Assembly: GCA_034716875.1 (NCBI GenBank)
Contig: JAYEKX010000097.1
Span: 1 to 36,187, forward strand
Origin: Candidatus Altiarchaeota archaeon
Lineage (GTDB): Archaea > Altiarchaeota > Altiarchaeia > IMC4 > QMZM01
Reading direction: 5' to 3'
DNA: 36,187 nucleotides
The notes under the pieces were generated by a model. The model was not told the origin of the DNA. It did not search any database and was given only the letters and a program-made list of their open reading frames with translations. How positions within the stretch are numbered: position 1 is the first letter of the stretch; each line of letters begins with the position of its first letter. Positions 35,226 through 36,187 of this stretch are shown here, one piece after another. The translations under genes and the position numbers were made by a program.

Positions 35226-35828
35226 TTATTTCTTTCGTTTAATCACAAAGAAAATTACACCCCCCAGAATTACACCCAACACTATGAGAGGAATTAATAA
35301 TCCAACACCGCCTGGGGAGGCAGCTGATAAGGAACCTTCTTTGCAAAAACCATATTTTATACATTCTTCATGACTGAAACCGTCGTCCATGTTACAGTAT
35401 TTACATGCGTTATCGTAATCACCCAACTTCTTGTAGACTCTTGCAGGGGATGTGTCCCTGAACCCCGCTTTCATATAGGTATCAATGGCGAGGTGATAGT
35501 ATTCCCTCGCCTTTTCCTCATTCTCCATCTCTCTATACATATCCCCAGCACTGCTATAAGCTGCCCCTGCTCCACCATATGAGCCTACTTCTTTATCCAG
35601 TTCTACTGCCTTCAGGAAGCATTCTGCTGCCTTGTCATATCCTTTCCTGTTTTTGTAACAACTACCTGCTGATACGTAGTCGTTGGCTGCAAGGTTTTCT
35701 CTTTCCTGTTTTATATTGCCAAGTGCTGCCTGTATTTCTCCATAGCATTCTTCTTCAGACGGCATCTCTCTCGCGGTACAAAATCCTATTAAGGTTATTA
35801 AAGCCAGAATACACATTAGTTTCCTCAT
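35226..35828 (-). CDS. secreted/anchored TPR-like repeat protein
   Basis: 200 aa. Signal-peptide-like N-terminus with Cys (LIGFCTA). Helical repeats of the A..Y..AG..Y....Y..A...F.KA type. C-terminal TM anchor plus a basic tail (VIFFVIKRKK). Confidence 0.5.
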   Translation of the reverse strand: MRKLMCILALITLIGFCTAREMPSEEECYGEIQAALGNIKQERENLAANDYVSAGSCYKNRKGYDKAAECFLKAVELDKEVGSYGGAGAAYSSAGDMYREMENEEKAREYYHLAIDTYMKAGFRDTSPARVYKKLGDYDNACKYCNMDDGFSHEECIKYGFCKEGSLSAASPGGVGLLIPLIVLGVILGGVIFFVIKRKK

Positions 35829-35872
35829 TTTTATTTCCTGTTCGCTCTCGTGTTTTCATCCACAATTATATA

Positions 35873-36187
35873 TTAACATGAGAAAGTATATTCGCATTCA
35901 CTTCCTCCCTCATACTTAACGCCTTTACATTGATTGCTTGCAATACCCTTCTGCACGGAGGGGAGCCAACCGACTTTCGGGAGGTATAGATACAGGAATA
36001 TCCTGCCCAGGCTTGCAGACTTCGCCGTAACCTCATGGTCTTCATATATCACAAACTCCGGCGCCACATGAGTGAACAACTTAGTTGAGGTGTTAAAGCC
36101 ATATAAGTCATCCTCCTCCGCGAAGAGGTTCCTGAGCATAACCCTGTTTCGGTCATCAACCAGTTTCTCGCTTACATAATACTTCCC
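35873..36187 (-). CDS. hypothetical protein, C-terminal part (5' end outside the window)
   Basis: The minus-strand frame is open to the window edge (GKYYVSEKLVDDRNRVMLRNLF...). No family recognised. Its 3' region contains one copy of a 38-nt repeat (see findings). Confidence 0.4.
   Translation of the reverse strand, partial: GKYYVSEKLVDDRNRVMLRNLFAEEDDLYGFNTSTKLFTHVAPEFVIYEDHEVTAKSASLGRIFLYLYLPKVGWLPSVQKGIASNQCKGVKYEGGSECEYTFSC

Overview
This window looks like an archaeal (euryarchaeote-type) chromosomal segment. All calls come from reading the sequence and the ORF track. Homology statements are recalled family motifs, not searches. About 45 credible CDS are mostly core genes:
- Translation and tRNA modification: aTrm56 (partial), Cbf5, Trm112-like, L14e, L39e, TiaS, Taw1, aIF-1A, Rio, Bud32, NMD3-like, TyrRS.
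- Nucleotide, cofactor and amino-acid biosynthesis: PurA, PurB, HisI, ThiDN, AroE.
- DNA metabolism: RPA-like pair, RadB.
- Envelope and sugar genes: UppP, GlmU-like, UDP-glucose dehydrogenase, cupin.

There are five plus-strand tRNA genes: Lys-UUU, Ser-GCU, Ala-GGC with a 23-nt intron, a probable Pro-CGG with a ~50-nt intron, and Thr-UGU.

The one clearly accessory segment is a visibly AT-rich ~4 kb island (about 6750-10770) directly 3' of tRNA-Thr. It holds two candidate conflict or defence modules. I cannot assign either to a named system:
1. A DUF4062/TIR-like protein followed by a multi-TM protein (6836-8948).
2. A translationally coupled three-gene cassette ending in a minimal caspase-like His-Gly/Cys protein (9420-10538). 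This cassette is bracketed by 63-bp direct repeats with one mismatch.

Secondary observations:
- a start-less Zn-ribbon ORF with a G10 tract
- gene relics inside the island
- two structured tRNA-flanking spacers that may encode ncRNAs
- a 38-nt imperfect direct repeat flanking a TPR-like gene near the right edge

No CRISPR array, rRNA, integrase or transposase was seen.
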